A DNA stretch of 64,000 nt from Gemmatimonadales bacterium (GTDB taxonomy: Bacteria > Gemmatimonadota > Gemmatimonadetes > Gemmatimonadales > GWC2-71-9): positions 96,001 to 160,000 of the forward strand of contig JBBCJC010000001.1 of the NCBI GenBank assembly GCA_037189525.1, in the 5' to 3' direction. Positions 1-9,032 of this stretch are shown in pieces (position 1 is the stretch's first letter; each line of letters starts with the position of its first letter). The notes under the pieces are model-generated. The model saw only the letters and a list, made by a program, of their open reading frames with translations, was not told the DNA's origin and did not search any database. Made by a program: the position numbers and the translations under genes.

Positions 1-1
1 C

Positions 2-1240
2 CTCGTCAATGTCGTCGTCAATCGCTTCGACCGGTGGGTCCTCCGTGAGGACTTTGCCCGGGTCACGCCGGCATCCTGGTGGCGCAACCTCCGGCTGGGA
101 TGGGAGTGGGACGAAAACCAGTTCGGCACCAACATGTTTGCCCATCCCTACCATGGCTCGCTCTACTTCAACGGGGGCCGCCACAACGGGCTCAGCTACT
201 GGGAATCGATTCCGCTCGCCTTCATCGGGTCGTGGACCTGGGAGCATCTGGGAGAACGCCATCGCCCGTCGCTCAACGATTTCGTGATGACGAGTTTCGG
301 CGGCATTGCGCTGGGCGAGATCTTCGGCCGAATCGGGGCGGGCATCCGGCAGGCGGCTCCCGGCACCCCTGCCCCGCTCTGGCGCGAACTGGTGGCCCTG
401 CCCTTCGACCCGATCGGGAGCCTCGACCGGCTGACCGGCGGGCGGGGTCGCCGGACCCATCGGACCATGATGGCCCATCCCGACGCCTTCATGCTGCGCA
501 CCTACACGGGTATGCGCATCACCGGCGACCGGGAGGTCTCCGACAGCTCGGCACGATCCCTCACCGCGCTGATCGATTTCCTCTACGGCGACCCGCTGGA
601 TACGCCCTATACCGCTCCCTTCGACGTCTTTGCCATTCGCGGCCAGGTGAGTTCCGGTGGTGGCCTGCACCAGCTGCGCGCCACGGGACGGCTCTACGGG
701 CGGAATATCACCCGGCAGACTGCCCGCCATCGGCACCAGCTGACCGTCAACCAGCGCTTCGAATACATCGACAACCCGGCGCAACGGTATGGCGGACAGA
801 GCGTGGAGGTCGGGTTCAATTCGCGCTGGCGCCTGTCCAATACGCTCGGCGTCCGTACCCAGGCGTTCGGCAACGCCATTCTGCTCGGCGCCATCGACGC
901 ACCCGACGCCGGCGTCGGTGAGCGCGACTACGACTTCGGCCCCGGCCTTGGCGTGCGACTCGAGGGCGTCCTCGAACTGCGCGGGCTTCCGGTCATTGCC
1001 GCCTATGCCCAAACCGAGTATGTCCGATCTGTCAGCGGAGCAACCGCAGATCATCTGGCGCACTTCGGCGGCTTCGAGTTCACCGTTCCGGTAGCCCGAG
1101 ACTTCGGGATCGGAATTCATACCGGCTATTTCAACCGGTTGAGCCGCTACTCCGACCGGCCCGACCAGCGACGCGAGTACCCGGAGGTGCGCCTGATCAG
1201 CACCTGGACTCTCGGGAACACGGTGCGGAACGCGCCATGA
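2..1240 (+). CDS. DUF3943-like outer membrane protein (5'-truncated by window edge)
   Basis: Frame is open from position 2 (LVNVVVNRFDRW...WEWDENQFGTNMFAHPYHGSLYF...WE...RPSLND); this motif is typical of DUF3943; beta-strand-like C-terminal half. Confidence 0.7.
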   Translation, partial: LVNVVVNRFDRWVLREDFARVTPASWWRNLRLGWEWDENQFGTNMFAHPYHGSLYFNGGRHNGLSYWESIPLAFIGSWTWEHLGERHRPSLNDFVMTSFGGIALGEIFGRIGAGIRQAAPGTPAPLWRELVALPFDPIGSLDRLTGGRGRRTHRTMMAHPDAFMLRTYTGMRITGDREVSDSSARSLTALIDFLYGDPLDTPYTAPFDVFAIRGQVSSGGGLHQLRATGRLYGRNITRQTARHRHQLTVNQRFEYIDNPAQRYGGQSVEVGFNSRWRLSNTLGVRTQAFGNAILLGAIDAPDAGVGERDYDFGPGLGVRLEGVLELRGLPVIAAYAQTEYVRSVSGATADHLAHFGGFEFTVPVARDFGIGIHTGYFNRLSRYSDRPDQRREYPEVRLISTWTLGNTVRNAP

Positions 1241-1845
1241 CGATCCGAAGATTCGGCCCGGTATTCCTGGCTCTCGCGCTCCTCGGCTGGGCAACCGGCG
1301 CCGAGGCGCAACAGAGGCAGCGCACCAGGCTCTGGATCGAACTCGGCGGCGGCCCCGGTGTGGGCCTGATCTCGTGCGCCAACTGCGACCGCGTCATTTC
1401 GACGGCCGGCGCCAGTTCGAATTTCCGGATCGGCGGGGTGCTGTCGGAAAAGGTGCTGCTCGGCTTCGACAACTTCACCTTCGTCAATCGCGCCTTCGGC
1501 CTCGACGACGAAGAGGGCAACATCGTCGCCGAAACCTCGACGGCGGCGTTGAGCGTGCTCTGGTTCCCGGGACAGTCGGGGTTCTTCGCGAAAGGCGGCG
1601 TGGGGGTCGCCTACGGCAATTTCACGGTCGATGCGGTCGACAGCGAGCCCCTGGTGGCTTCAGAAGTCGGATTGGGGCTGACATTTGGGATCGGCTATGA
1701 CCATCCGCTGTCGCGAAGGCTGTCGCTCACCTTCAATGCGGGAGCGCTGGTCGCCGCGATCGGCGACATCGTCCTCCGCACGGGACGCGTCGACGACGTC
1801 ATCGCTTCGTTGTACCAGTTCACCGTGGGGATCACGGTTCGCTGA
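1237..1845 (+). CDS. Secreted outer-membrane beta-barrel-like protein
   Basis: Signal peptide ending AEA; alternating G/F/Y beta strands; ATGA overlap with upstream gene. Confidence 0.6.
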   Translation: MTIRRFGPVFLALALLGWATGAEAQQRQRTRLWIELGGGPGVGLISCANCDRVISTAGASSNFRIGGVLSEKVLLGFDNFTFVNRAFGLDDEEGNIVAETSTAALSVLWFPGQSGFFAKGGVGVAYGNFTVDAVDSEPLVASEVGLGLTFGIGYDHPLSRRLSLTFNAGALVAAIGDIVLRTGRVDDVIASLYQFTVGITVR

Positions 1846-1926
1846 ACCAAGGCGGGGAAGGGCGAAGAAACCGTCTGGGCCGGATCGGTGTCTCATGGGA
1901 ATATCCATCACTTCGTGAGCCTCGAC

Positions 1927-4389
1927 ATGTCGGACCTCCGCGATGCCGTTCGGACGCTCCGTGCCACGCCCCTCGTCTCGATCGTGGCGATCCTCTCCCT
2001 CGCACTGGGCATCGGCGCCACCACGGCGATGTTCTCGATCGTCGACAGCCTGATCCTGCGCGCGCTGCCGGTCCAACACCCCGAACGGCTGGCGGCAGTG
2101 ACCAATACCAATGGTCACCAGTTCCGTTGGACCAACCCGATCTGGGAGGAGATCCGCAACCGGCCCGATCTGTTCGACGGCGCCTTCGCCATGGCGGAAA
2201 CCCGCTTCGACCTGAGCGAGGGGGGTGAGACCCGCTACATCGACGGGATTATGGCGAGCGGCGCCTTCTTCGACGTGCTGGGCGTCCCGGCGCAAGTCGG
2301 CCGAGTCTTCCATCCCGCCGACGATGCCCGGGGCGGCGGGCCCGACGGCGCGGTGGCCGTCCTCTCGCACGACTATTGGCAGCGAGCCTATGGCGGAGCG
2401 TCCGATGTCGCGGGGCGGCCGGTCACGTTGAGCGGCGTGGTCTATACCATCGTCGGCGTGACACCGCCCAGCTTCACAGGCCCCCAGGTAGGCCAGCCAT
2501 TCGACGTCATCGTGCCGATCGGCACGGAGCCGCTGATCCGCGGTAGCGCGAGCATGCTCGACGGGCGCTCATCCTGGTGGCTGCAGATCATGATCCGCCG
2601 CAAGCCGTCGCAAGAGCTGGCGGGCGCCGAGGCGGCGCTGCGCGCGGTACAGCCGCAGATCCGCGAAGCCACCGTGCCGACCAACTGGCGCACCGAGGAT
2701 CAGGCACGGTACCTGAGCGTACCATTCGCGCTGGCGCCAGCCGCGACCGGCGTCTCCAATCTCCGGAACGCCTATCAGCGTCCGCTCCTGACCATCCTGG
2801 TGGTGACCGGGCTCGTCCTGCTCATCGCGTGCGGCAACATCGCCAACCTGCTGCTGGCCCGCGCCACCGCGCGCCGCCACGAGCTCTCCGTCCGCCAGGC
2901 GCTCGGCGCCTCTCGACTGCGGCTCGGCCGCCAACTGTTCGTCGAGAGCGCGGTGCTGGCCGGCATCGGGGCCGCACTCGGCGCGCTCATAGCGGTCTGG
3001 AGCAGCCGTTTGCTCGTTCGCCAGCTGTCAACTCCGACCGATCGGGTCCTGCTCGATCTCGGCCTCGATTGGCGGCTCCTGGCGTTCGTGGCGATCATCG
3101 CCGTGGGCACGGCGCTCCTCTTCGGCACGGTACCCGCGCTGCGCGCCGCCGGCGCCGACCCGATGGATGCGATGAAGGAACACGGCCGCGACGGTCAGGG
3201 CGGAGGTAACCGGCTGGGCAGCGGGCTCATCGTCGTCCAGGTTGCGCTCTCGCTCGTGCTGGTGGTCGGAGCCGGCCTGTTCGTCCGCACCTTCTCCACT
3301 CTCGCCACACGCGACCTCGGCTTCGGCACCGAGCGGCTGCTCACGGCGCGCATCGGCGTGTCACGGAACGGGCCGGCCGAGCAGCGGAATGAGATCTATC
3401 GACGTATCGCGGAGACCGTAGGCGCCGTCCCGGGCGTTGCCTCGGTGGCGGTTGCGACCGTCCCCCTGGTGAGCGGCACGGTTTGGAACAATCTGGTCGA
3501 GGTACCGGGTGGCCCGCCCGTGGAAGGCGAGAGCCGTACGGCCAACCTGAACTGGGTGACCCCCGGTTGGTTCGCAACCGTCCGCATCCCGCTGCTCGGA
3601 GGCCGCGACTTCCAGCCGAGCGACGGACCGGAGGCGCCCAGGGTCGCCATCGTCAATCAGGCCTTCGCCAAACGCTTCGTCGGCACCGACGATCCGATCG
3701 GCCGGATCGTCCGGCTACCCGACGACGACCCGCGAGTGTCCTATACCGTCACCATCGTCGGGCTGAGCGCAGACGCCGTCTACAGCTCGATCCGTGAAGT
3801 CGTTCCGCCGACCCTCATCATGCCAATGGCACAACAGCGCACCGGATCCTCCACCAGCACGCTCAACATCCTCGCGGGCGGCCGGATCGACGGGGCGCTC
3901 CTTCGCGGCGTGACCGGCGCCATCGGCGCGATCGATCCGAGCATCTCGATCACATTCCGCGCCATGGACGATCTCGTGAGCACGGCCCTCATCCGCGAGC
4001 GGCTCGTCGCCATGCTCTCGGCGTTCTTCGGCGGGCTCGCGCTGCTGCTGGCCGGGCTCGGCCTCTATGGCGTGACGGCCTATGCGGTCAACCGGCGCCG
4101 CAACGAGATCGGCATCCGGATGGCAATCGGCGCCGCGCCGAGTCGCATCCTCCGTTTGGTGCTCGGCCGGGTCGGCTTCCAGATCGGGCTGGGCGTGGTG
4201 ATCGGTACCGTCGCCAGTATCTGGGCAGCGCGGTTCGTGGAATCGCTCCTCTACGGCATGCCGGCGCGGGATCCGATTACGCTCGTCGCGGCCGCCGTGG
4301 TACTGGGCGCAATCGGCGTGCTGGCCGGCTGGGTTCCTGCGCGCCGAGCGGCCGCTGTCGATCCTGCCCGGGTGCTGCGCGACGGGTGA
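1927..4389 (+). CDS. ADOP-type duplicated ABC permease (MacB/FtsX domains)
   Basis: MSDLRDAVRTLR..P..SLALGIGATTAMFS; LIACGNIANLLLARA..R; RRNEIGIRMAIGA; PARRAAAVDP. Confidence 0.9.
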   Translation: MSDLRDAVRTLRATPLVSIVAILSLALGIGATTAMFSIVDSLILRALPVQHPERLAAVTNTNGHQFRWTNPIWEEIRNRPDLFDGAFAMAETRFDLSEGGETRYIDGIMASGAFFDVLGVPAQVGRVFHPADDARGGGPDGAVAVLSHDYWQRAYGGASDVAGRPVTLSGVVYTIVGVTPPSFTGPQVGQPFDVIVPIGTEPLIRGSASMLDGRSSWWLQIMIRRKPSQELAGAEAALRAVQPQIREATVPTNWRTEDQARYLSVPFALAPAATGVSNLRNAYQRPLLTILVVTGLVLLIACGNIANLLLARATARRHELSVRQALGASRLRLGRQLFVESAVLAGIGAALGALIAVWSSRLLVRQLSTPTDRVLLDLGLDWRLLAFVAIIAVGTALLFGTVPALRAAGADPMDAMKEHGRDGQGGGNRLGSGLIVVQVALSLVLVVGAGLFVRTFSTLATRDLGFGTERLLTARIGVSRNGPAEQRNEIYRRIAETVGAVPGVASVAVATVPLVSGTVWNNLVEVPGGPPVEGESRTANLNWVTPGWFATVRIPLLGGRDFQPSDGPEAPRVAIVNQAFAKRFVGTDDPIGRIVRLPDDDPRVSYTVTIVGLSADAVYSSIREVVPPTLIMPMAQQRTGSSTSTLNILAGGRIDGALLRGVTGAIGAIDPSISITFRAMDDLVSTALIRERLVAMLSAFFGGLALLLAGLGLYGVTAYAVNRRRNEIGIRMAIGAAPSRILRLVLGRVGFQIGLGVVIGTVASIWAARFVESLLYGMPARDPITLVAAAVVLGAIGVLAGWVPARRAAAVDPARVLRDG

Positions 4390-4442
4390 GCGCGGCACTC
4401 GTGGCCGCCCCAGAGGCTCGCTCGGGTCAGGAAAAATCGCCG

Positions 4443-7148
4443 TCAGTAGTCTCGCAGTGCTTCGGTGGGCTGTACGGCAAGCGCCCGGCGCGTCGGGACG
4501 GCGCATGCGATCAGGAACACGACGGTCATCAAGGTCGTGTACGCGCCGAGCGTGAGGAGCTGTTTTACCGTCGGCAAACCGTTGTCGGTCCCTCCGAGCA
4601 ACGCCCACACCAGCAGAGTGCCGGCAAGCAATCCCACCCCGAGCTGACGCAACGGCTGCCGGAACACCGCGCGGACGACGTGCCCCGGACTCGCGCCCAG
4701 TGCGACGCGCACGCCGACCTCCCGTGTCCTCCGTGACGCCGCAAACGACATCACGGCGTAGATCGAAACGAGAGAGAACACGAGTATCATCGCGCTCACG
4801 ATGGTCGTCAGCTTGAGCCAAAACGTGTGAAAGTCGACCTCCCCGTTCACGACGTCTTTCAGGGGCATCAGGTCCGTCAGGCGCAACGTCACATCGACGT
4901 CCGTCGCGATGGCGCGCAAGCGCGGTGCGAATACCTTGGGGTCGCCCCGGACGTGTATGGCGACATTGAGCGGATACATCGATGCACGGACGAGCGGATG
5001 ATAGACGCCCGCGGGTCCCCATCCCGACCGAACACCCACATCGGGCGCGACACCGATGATCTCGAACCAGGGCTGCGGCGTGGGATCTGAGCGGCGCACA
5101 TACCGGATCCGCCGGCCGATCGGATTCGTCCCACCCATCACGCGGTCGACGAATGCTTTGTTCACCACGGCAACTCGTACGTCGGGATTGGCGTCACCGC
5201 CGTCGAACCAGCGCCCCGACACCATCGAAACACCGAGGACATCGAGATACTTCGGATCGACGTGCGACGATCCCACCCGATGACCACGTTCGTCCTGAGG
5301 GGCGAGCGCGCCCTCGTCGACCTCGACCTGATTGTTTGGGTGGTACTGGCGCGGCAGGTGCTGGGCGAACACGACACCCGCCACGCCAGGCTCCGACTCG
5401 AGTCGCGTCTCGAGGTTCTGTGCCGCGGCCGCGTAGCGAGCCTGAAACGCGGCCGCGCTCGTATCGGCGCCGGGTTCGGTTGAAAGCCGCTCCATATCGA
5501 GCCGAACCGAGAGGTACTGATCGACAGGGAAAGGCAACGGCTGGGTCTCGAGACGCACATTGTCCTTGCGCACGAGAAACGTGACAACGGGAAAGCCCAT
5601 CGTCACGGCGATCTGCAGGACGATCACAGCCGTCCACATTCCGCCGAACTGCGTGCTGCCCGCGCCGGCGGTCGTGTGCTTGAGACAATTGCCAAGGTTG
5701 CGCGTGATCTTGAGCCCCGGAAGCACTCCGGCAATCGCAGCGGCCAGCAGAGTGAGCAGCGTGGCGTACACGAAGGTCAGCGGTGAGAGTTTGCCGTCGA
5801 CCCAGAACGGAAAGTTGCCGCTCCCGTCGGTGAGCACCGCGCGCATGAGATCCAGCCCCCACCGCACCCCCCACCCAGCCGCGGTCAGCCCCACCACCGC
5901 TGCGACGCCGCCGAGCACCAGCGCTTCGGCGAATATCTGCATGACGATGCGCCGCCTGTCGGCGCCGAGCGCCGAGCGCACAACGATCTCGGCCTCGCGG
6001 GTTGCCGCGCGCGCGAACATCAGCAGTCCGACGTTGGCGCATACGAGCACGAGGAGCATGACGACGTAGATGTTGCCCGTCAGCAGCATCATCGACTGGC
6101 CGGGTCCGCCAATCGCCCGCACCGATTCGGCAAAGGTGAACAGTTGCGGGCGGAGGTGCTGGTGCGTGTGCGGGAAATCGACGGCCGCAATCCGTCCGAG
6201 GTTCGTGAGCTCCGCGCGCGCCTGCTCCAGTGATGCGCCCGGCGTCAGACGGCCGAAGATCTGGATCGCCGTTCCCTGACGCGGTTCGTATCCCGAGGCA
6301 TCGACCCTGAGCGGCACCCAAAATTCCTGGGTCCGTGGAAAGGCAAAACTGGCAGGCATGACGCCGACGATAGTCGAGGGAGCACCCGTCAGGCGGACCG
6401 TGCGTCCAATGATGCCGGGATCACCATTGAAACGCCTCTGCCACAGGTCGTAGCCAATCACGGCGACGAGCGGTGCGTCGGCCTGCTCGTCCGAATCCAC
6501 CAGCGTGCGCCCGAGTACGGGCGGAACACGCAAGGCGCGGAACGCCGCCGCGCTGATCTCAGCGGCAAACACCGGTTCAGCCAGACCCTCGGTGATCATG
6601 AGGTTCCGAGTGACCGTGCGATAGGCGCTCAGGTCCTGTACGGATTGAACCGAGCCACGCCACGCCACGAAATCGTAGGTCGCGCGGTGCTCCGGACGGT
6701 TCGCCGACGCGTCCCAGTTCTGAAGCACCACGATCCGGCCGGCATCCGGGAGCGGAATCGTGGGAAACACGAGTTGCCGAATCGCCTCGAATGTGCCGGC
6801 GCCCATCCAGATCGCGAACGCCATGGAGAGCCCGCCGACGATCGTGAGCATCGGGTACTTCACGAGCATCCGCCCGCCGAGCTTGAGGTCGAGCCACGAG
6901 AAGCGGATCTCGTCGAACCACCCGAGGCCACGGGCATTCCGCGCTTCCCCGACGTGATAATCCGCGCTCCCGAACTCGGCGCGCGCTACTCGCGCCGCTT
7001 CGGCGGGTGTCATCCCGGCCCGGACCAGGTCCGCGGCACGCAGTTCCATGTGGAGGCGGAATTCCTCCTTGAGGTCATCGTCCACCTGACGTGTGCGGAC
7101 GACACCGCGCCAGAGCGAGCGCACCCTGGCCACCAGCCCGGAAATCAT
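4443..7148 (-). CDS. ADOP-type duplicated ABC permease with N-terminal permease-prefix domain
   Basis: DLKEEFRLHMELRAADLVRAGM..EAARVARAEFG prefix; LVCANVGLLMFARA; RRTREVGVRVALGA; PTRRALAVQPTEALR. Confidence 0.9.
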   Translation of the reverse strand: MISGLVARVRSLWRGVVRTRQVDDDLKEEFRLHMELRAADLVRAGMTPAEAARVARAEFGSADYHVGEARNARGLGWFDEIRFSWLDLKLGGRMLVKYPMLTIVGGLSMAFAIWMGAGTFEAIRQLVFPTIPLPDAGRIVVLQNWDASANRPEHRATYDFVAWRGSVQSVQDLSAYRTVTRNLMITEGLAEPVFAAEISAAAFRALRVPPVLGRTLVDSDEQADAPLVAVIGYDLWQRRFNGDPGIIGRTVRLTGAPSTIVGVMPASFAFPRTQEFWVPLRVDASGYEPRQGTAIQIFGRLTPGASLEQARAELTNLGRIAAVDFPHTHQHLRPQLFTFAESVRAIGGPGQSMMLLTGNIYVVMLLVLVCANVGLLMFARAATREAEIVVRSALGADRRRIVMQIFAEALVLGGVAAVVGLTAAGWGVRWGLDLMRAVLTDGSGNFPFWVDGKLSPLTFVYATLLTLLAAAIAGVLPGLKITRNLGNCLKHTTAGAGSTQFGGMWTAVIVLQIAVTMGFPVVTFLVRKDNVRLETQPLPFPVDQYLSVRLDMERLSTEPGADTSAAAFQARYAAAAQNLETRLESEPGVAGVVFAQHLPRQYHPNNQVEVDEGALAPQDERGHRVGSSHVDPKYLDVLGVSMVSGRWFDGGDANPDVRVAVVNKAFVDRVMGGTNPIGRRIRYVRRSDPTPQPWFEIIGVAPDVGVRSGWGPAGVYHPLVRASMYPLNVAIHVRGDPKVFAPRLRAIATDVDVTLRLTDLMPLKDVVNGEVDFHTFWLKLTTIVSAMILVFSLVSIYAVMSFAASRRTREVGVRVALGASPGHVVRAVFRQPLRQLGVGLLAGTLLVWALLGGTDNGLPTVKQLLTLGAYTTLMTVVFLIACAVPTRRALAVQPTEALRDY

Positions 7149-7151
7149 CGA

Positions 7152-7490
7152 TCACACCTCACTGGGCTTTGCTGAAAGCGCAAGCCCGATCGCATCCGAC
7201 AGTCGCTTCCAGCTTGCGACTTCCTGCCCGAGCGTGCGACGCCCGGCGGCGGTCAGTCGGTAGTATTTCGCGCGGCGGTTGTTCTCCGAGGTGCCCCACT
7301 CGGAGTCGAGGAGACCCCGATGTTCCAGCCGCGCAAGCGCCTGGTACAGCGCGCCCTGCTGCACGAGGAGCGCACCGCCCGAGATCTGTTCGATCCGGAG
7401 CAGCACGCCGTAGCCGTGCAACTTGCCGAGTGAGACGGCCTTGAGGATCAGGACGTCCAGAGTGCCGGGCAAAAGCTCCGCAGAGGTCAT
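7152..7490 (-). CDS. PadR-family transcriptional regulator (Acidobacterial type)
   Basis: GTLDVLILK..LHGYG..QGALYQAL.RLE..WGTSENNRRAKYYRLT; AGGAG RBS upstream of ATG 7490. Confidence 0.93.
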   Translation of the reverse strand: MTSAELLPGTLDVLILKAVSLGKLHGYGVLLRIEQISGGALLVQQGALYQALARLEHRGLLDSEWGTSENNRRAKYYRLTAAGRRTLGQEVASWKRLSDAIGLALSAKPSEV

Positions 7491-7495
7491 GGCTC

Positions 7496-8851
7496 CTACT
7501 GCCTTTTCAGGACTGAGTACGCCGAGCTGCCCGAGAGGTGCAGGTCGCCGTTGCGGAACGTCAGGAAGTTGCTGCCAAGACGGAACGTCATTCCCTCGAC
7601 CCACGGAGCAGGGCGGGACTGGCCGCCGTTGACCGAGACGGCAATGCCCTGCGGCGCCTGCGTCACCTGGGCCACCATGTCGCGACCGCGTCCCGGTCCC
7701 TTGTACGTGCCGACCAGCGCCGCCGCATCGCCGGTAAATGGCGTGACGGTCGGGCGCTGCCACGGCAGCAACTCCGCCGCCAGCTCACCGCCGACATCTC
7801 CCGGGTCGATGTTACCGCTGCTGTTCATCAGAACCACCACCGCCAGCTGCGCGTCGGGGTACCACCCCGCCTCTGCATTGAAGCCGCCTATCGATCCACC
7901 GTGGCCGATGTAGGTGAGCCCGCGCGAGTCCTTGCCGACGCCGATGCCCAACCCGTAACGGAGCGGCGTACCGTCGTTGAGCTTGGCCGGCGCGATCATC
8001 TCCTGGTACGATTTGGGCGACAGCACCTTGCCTCCGTGCAGCGCCTTGACCCATGTCACGAGGTCCCCCGCCGTGGAACAAATCGACCCCGCAGCGAACG
8101 GCCACGTGTGTACATTGGTCGGCGCGCGGCGGATCACTCTGTTTTGAACGCTGTAGCCGTTCGCGCGCCGCGGCACGTGCTCGCTGCTGTTGCAGTACAT
8201 GCTGCGCGTCATCCCGAGCGGCGCGAAGATCCGCTGCTCGACGTACTCCTCGTACGTCATCCCGCTCGCTTTCTCGACGATCAGGCCTGCGAGCCAGAAG
8301 GCGGAGTTGTTGTACATCTGCGCTGTCCCCGTGGGGAACTGGAAGGGGTAGCGCTTGATGAGCGCATAGGCCGAGTCGCGCGGGAAACGCGGGTTCCAGA
8401 CGAGCAGGCCGAACTCGGGCATCTCGGTGAGTCCCACGATCCCCGAGGTGTGGTCGAGCAGCCGCCGCACGGTGACCTTGTTGCCACGCATGTCGAAGTC
8501 GGGGAGCCACTTCGTGATCTCGTCGTCGAGGCTCAGCTTGCCCTCATCGCGCAGCTGCAGGATGGCCGTGGCGGTGAACTGCTTGGCGACCGAGCCGATC
8601 TCGAACATCGCGTCGGCCGGCATCGGTACATCCCACTCGACGTTCGCCTTGCCGTAGCCCTTCATCAGCAGCGTGTCGTTTCCCTTCACGACGGCAGCCA
8701 CGGTGCCGACAGCGCGCTTCTCCAGCACCCCCGAGCCGGCAAGCGAGTCGAGCCGCTCCGCGAGCGTCCGTCCTGTCTGCGCGGCGGCATCCACGACGGC
8801 GAAAGCGGTCAGCGCAAGAGCGAGGATGGTAGGGCGAAATCGGGCCGGCAC
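7496..8851 (-). CDS. Serine hydrolase, beta-lactamase/AmpC-like family, secreted
   Basis: Signal peptide; SxxK (SVAK), YxN (YNN), HGG motif; LLDHTSG. Confidence 0.9.
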   Translation of the reverse strand: MPARFRPTILALALTAFAVVDAAAQTGRTLAERLDSLAGSGVLEKRAVGTVAAVVKGNDTLLMKGYGKANVEWDVPMPADAMFEIGSVAKQFTATAILQLRDEGKLSLDDEITKWLPDFDMRGNKVTVRRLLDHTSGIVGLTEMPEFGLLVWNPRFPRDSAYALIKRYPFQFPTGTAQMYNNSAFWLAGLIVEKASGMTYEEYVEQRIFAPLGMTRSMYCNSSEHVPRRANGYSVQNRVIRRAPTNVHTWPFAAGSICSTAGDLVTWVKALHGGKVLSPKSYQEMIAPAKLNDGTPLRYGLGIGVGKDSRGLTYIGHGGSIGGFNAEAGWYPDAQLAVVVLMNSSGNIDPGDVGGELAAELLPWQRPTVTPFTGDAAALVGTYKGPGRGRDMVAQVTQAPQGIAVSVNGGQSRPAPWVEGMTFRLGSNFLTFRNGDLHLSGSSAYSVLKRQ

Positions 8852-8963
8852 GGTCTCTCCTTAGCTGCTATAGAGAGCAACGATAGTGCCGCCGCGCGAG
8901 TCCCACAAGGGTCGAGGGCGCCTCCGGGACGAGCAGCGCTTCGGGTAAAGCAAGCCGTGGCAG

Positions 8964-9005
8964 ACGTTATAAGGGCGGGAGGATGATCCTCCCGCCCTTT
9001 AACGT
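8964..9005. terminator. Strong hairpin, probable intrinsic terminator of the HTH-hydrolase gene
   Basis: AAGGGCGGGAGGA-TGA-TCCTCCCGCCCTT perfect 13-bp stem, extended by ACGTTA/TAACGT with one bulge. Confidence 0.65.
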
Positions 9006-9032
9006 TCCGGCCCTCTCGTGTCGAGAGCGGTG

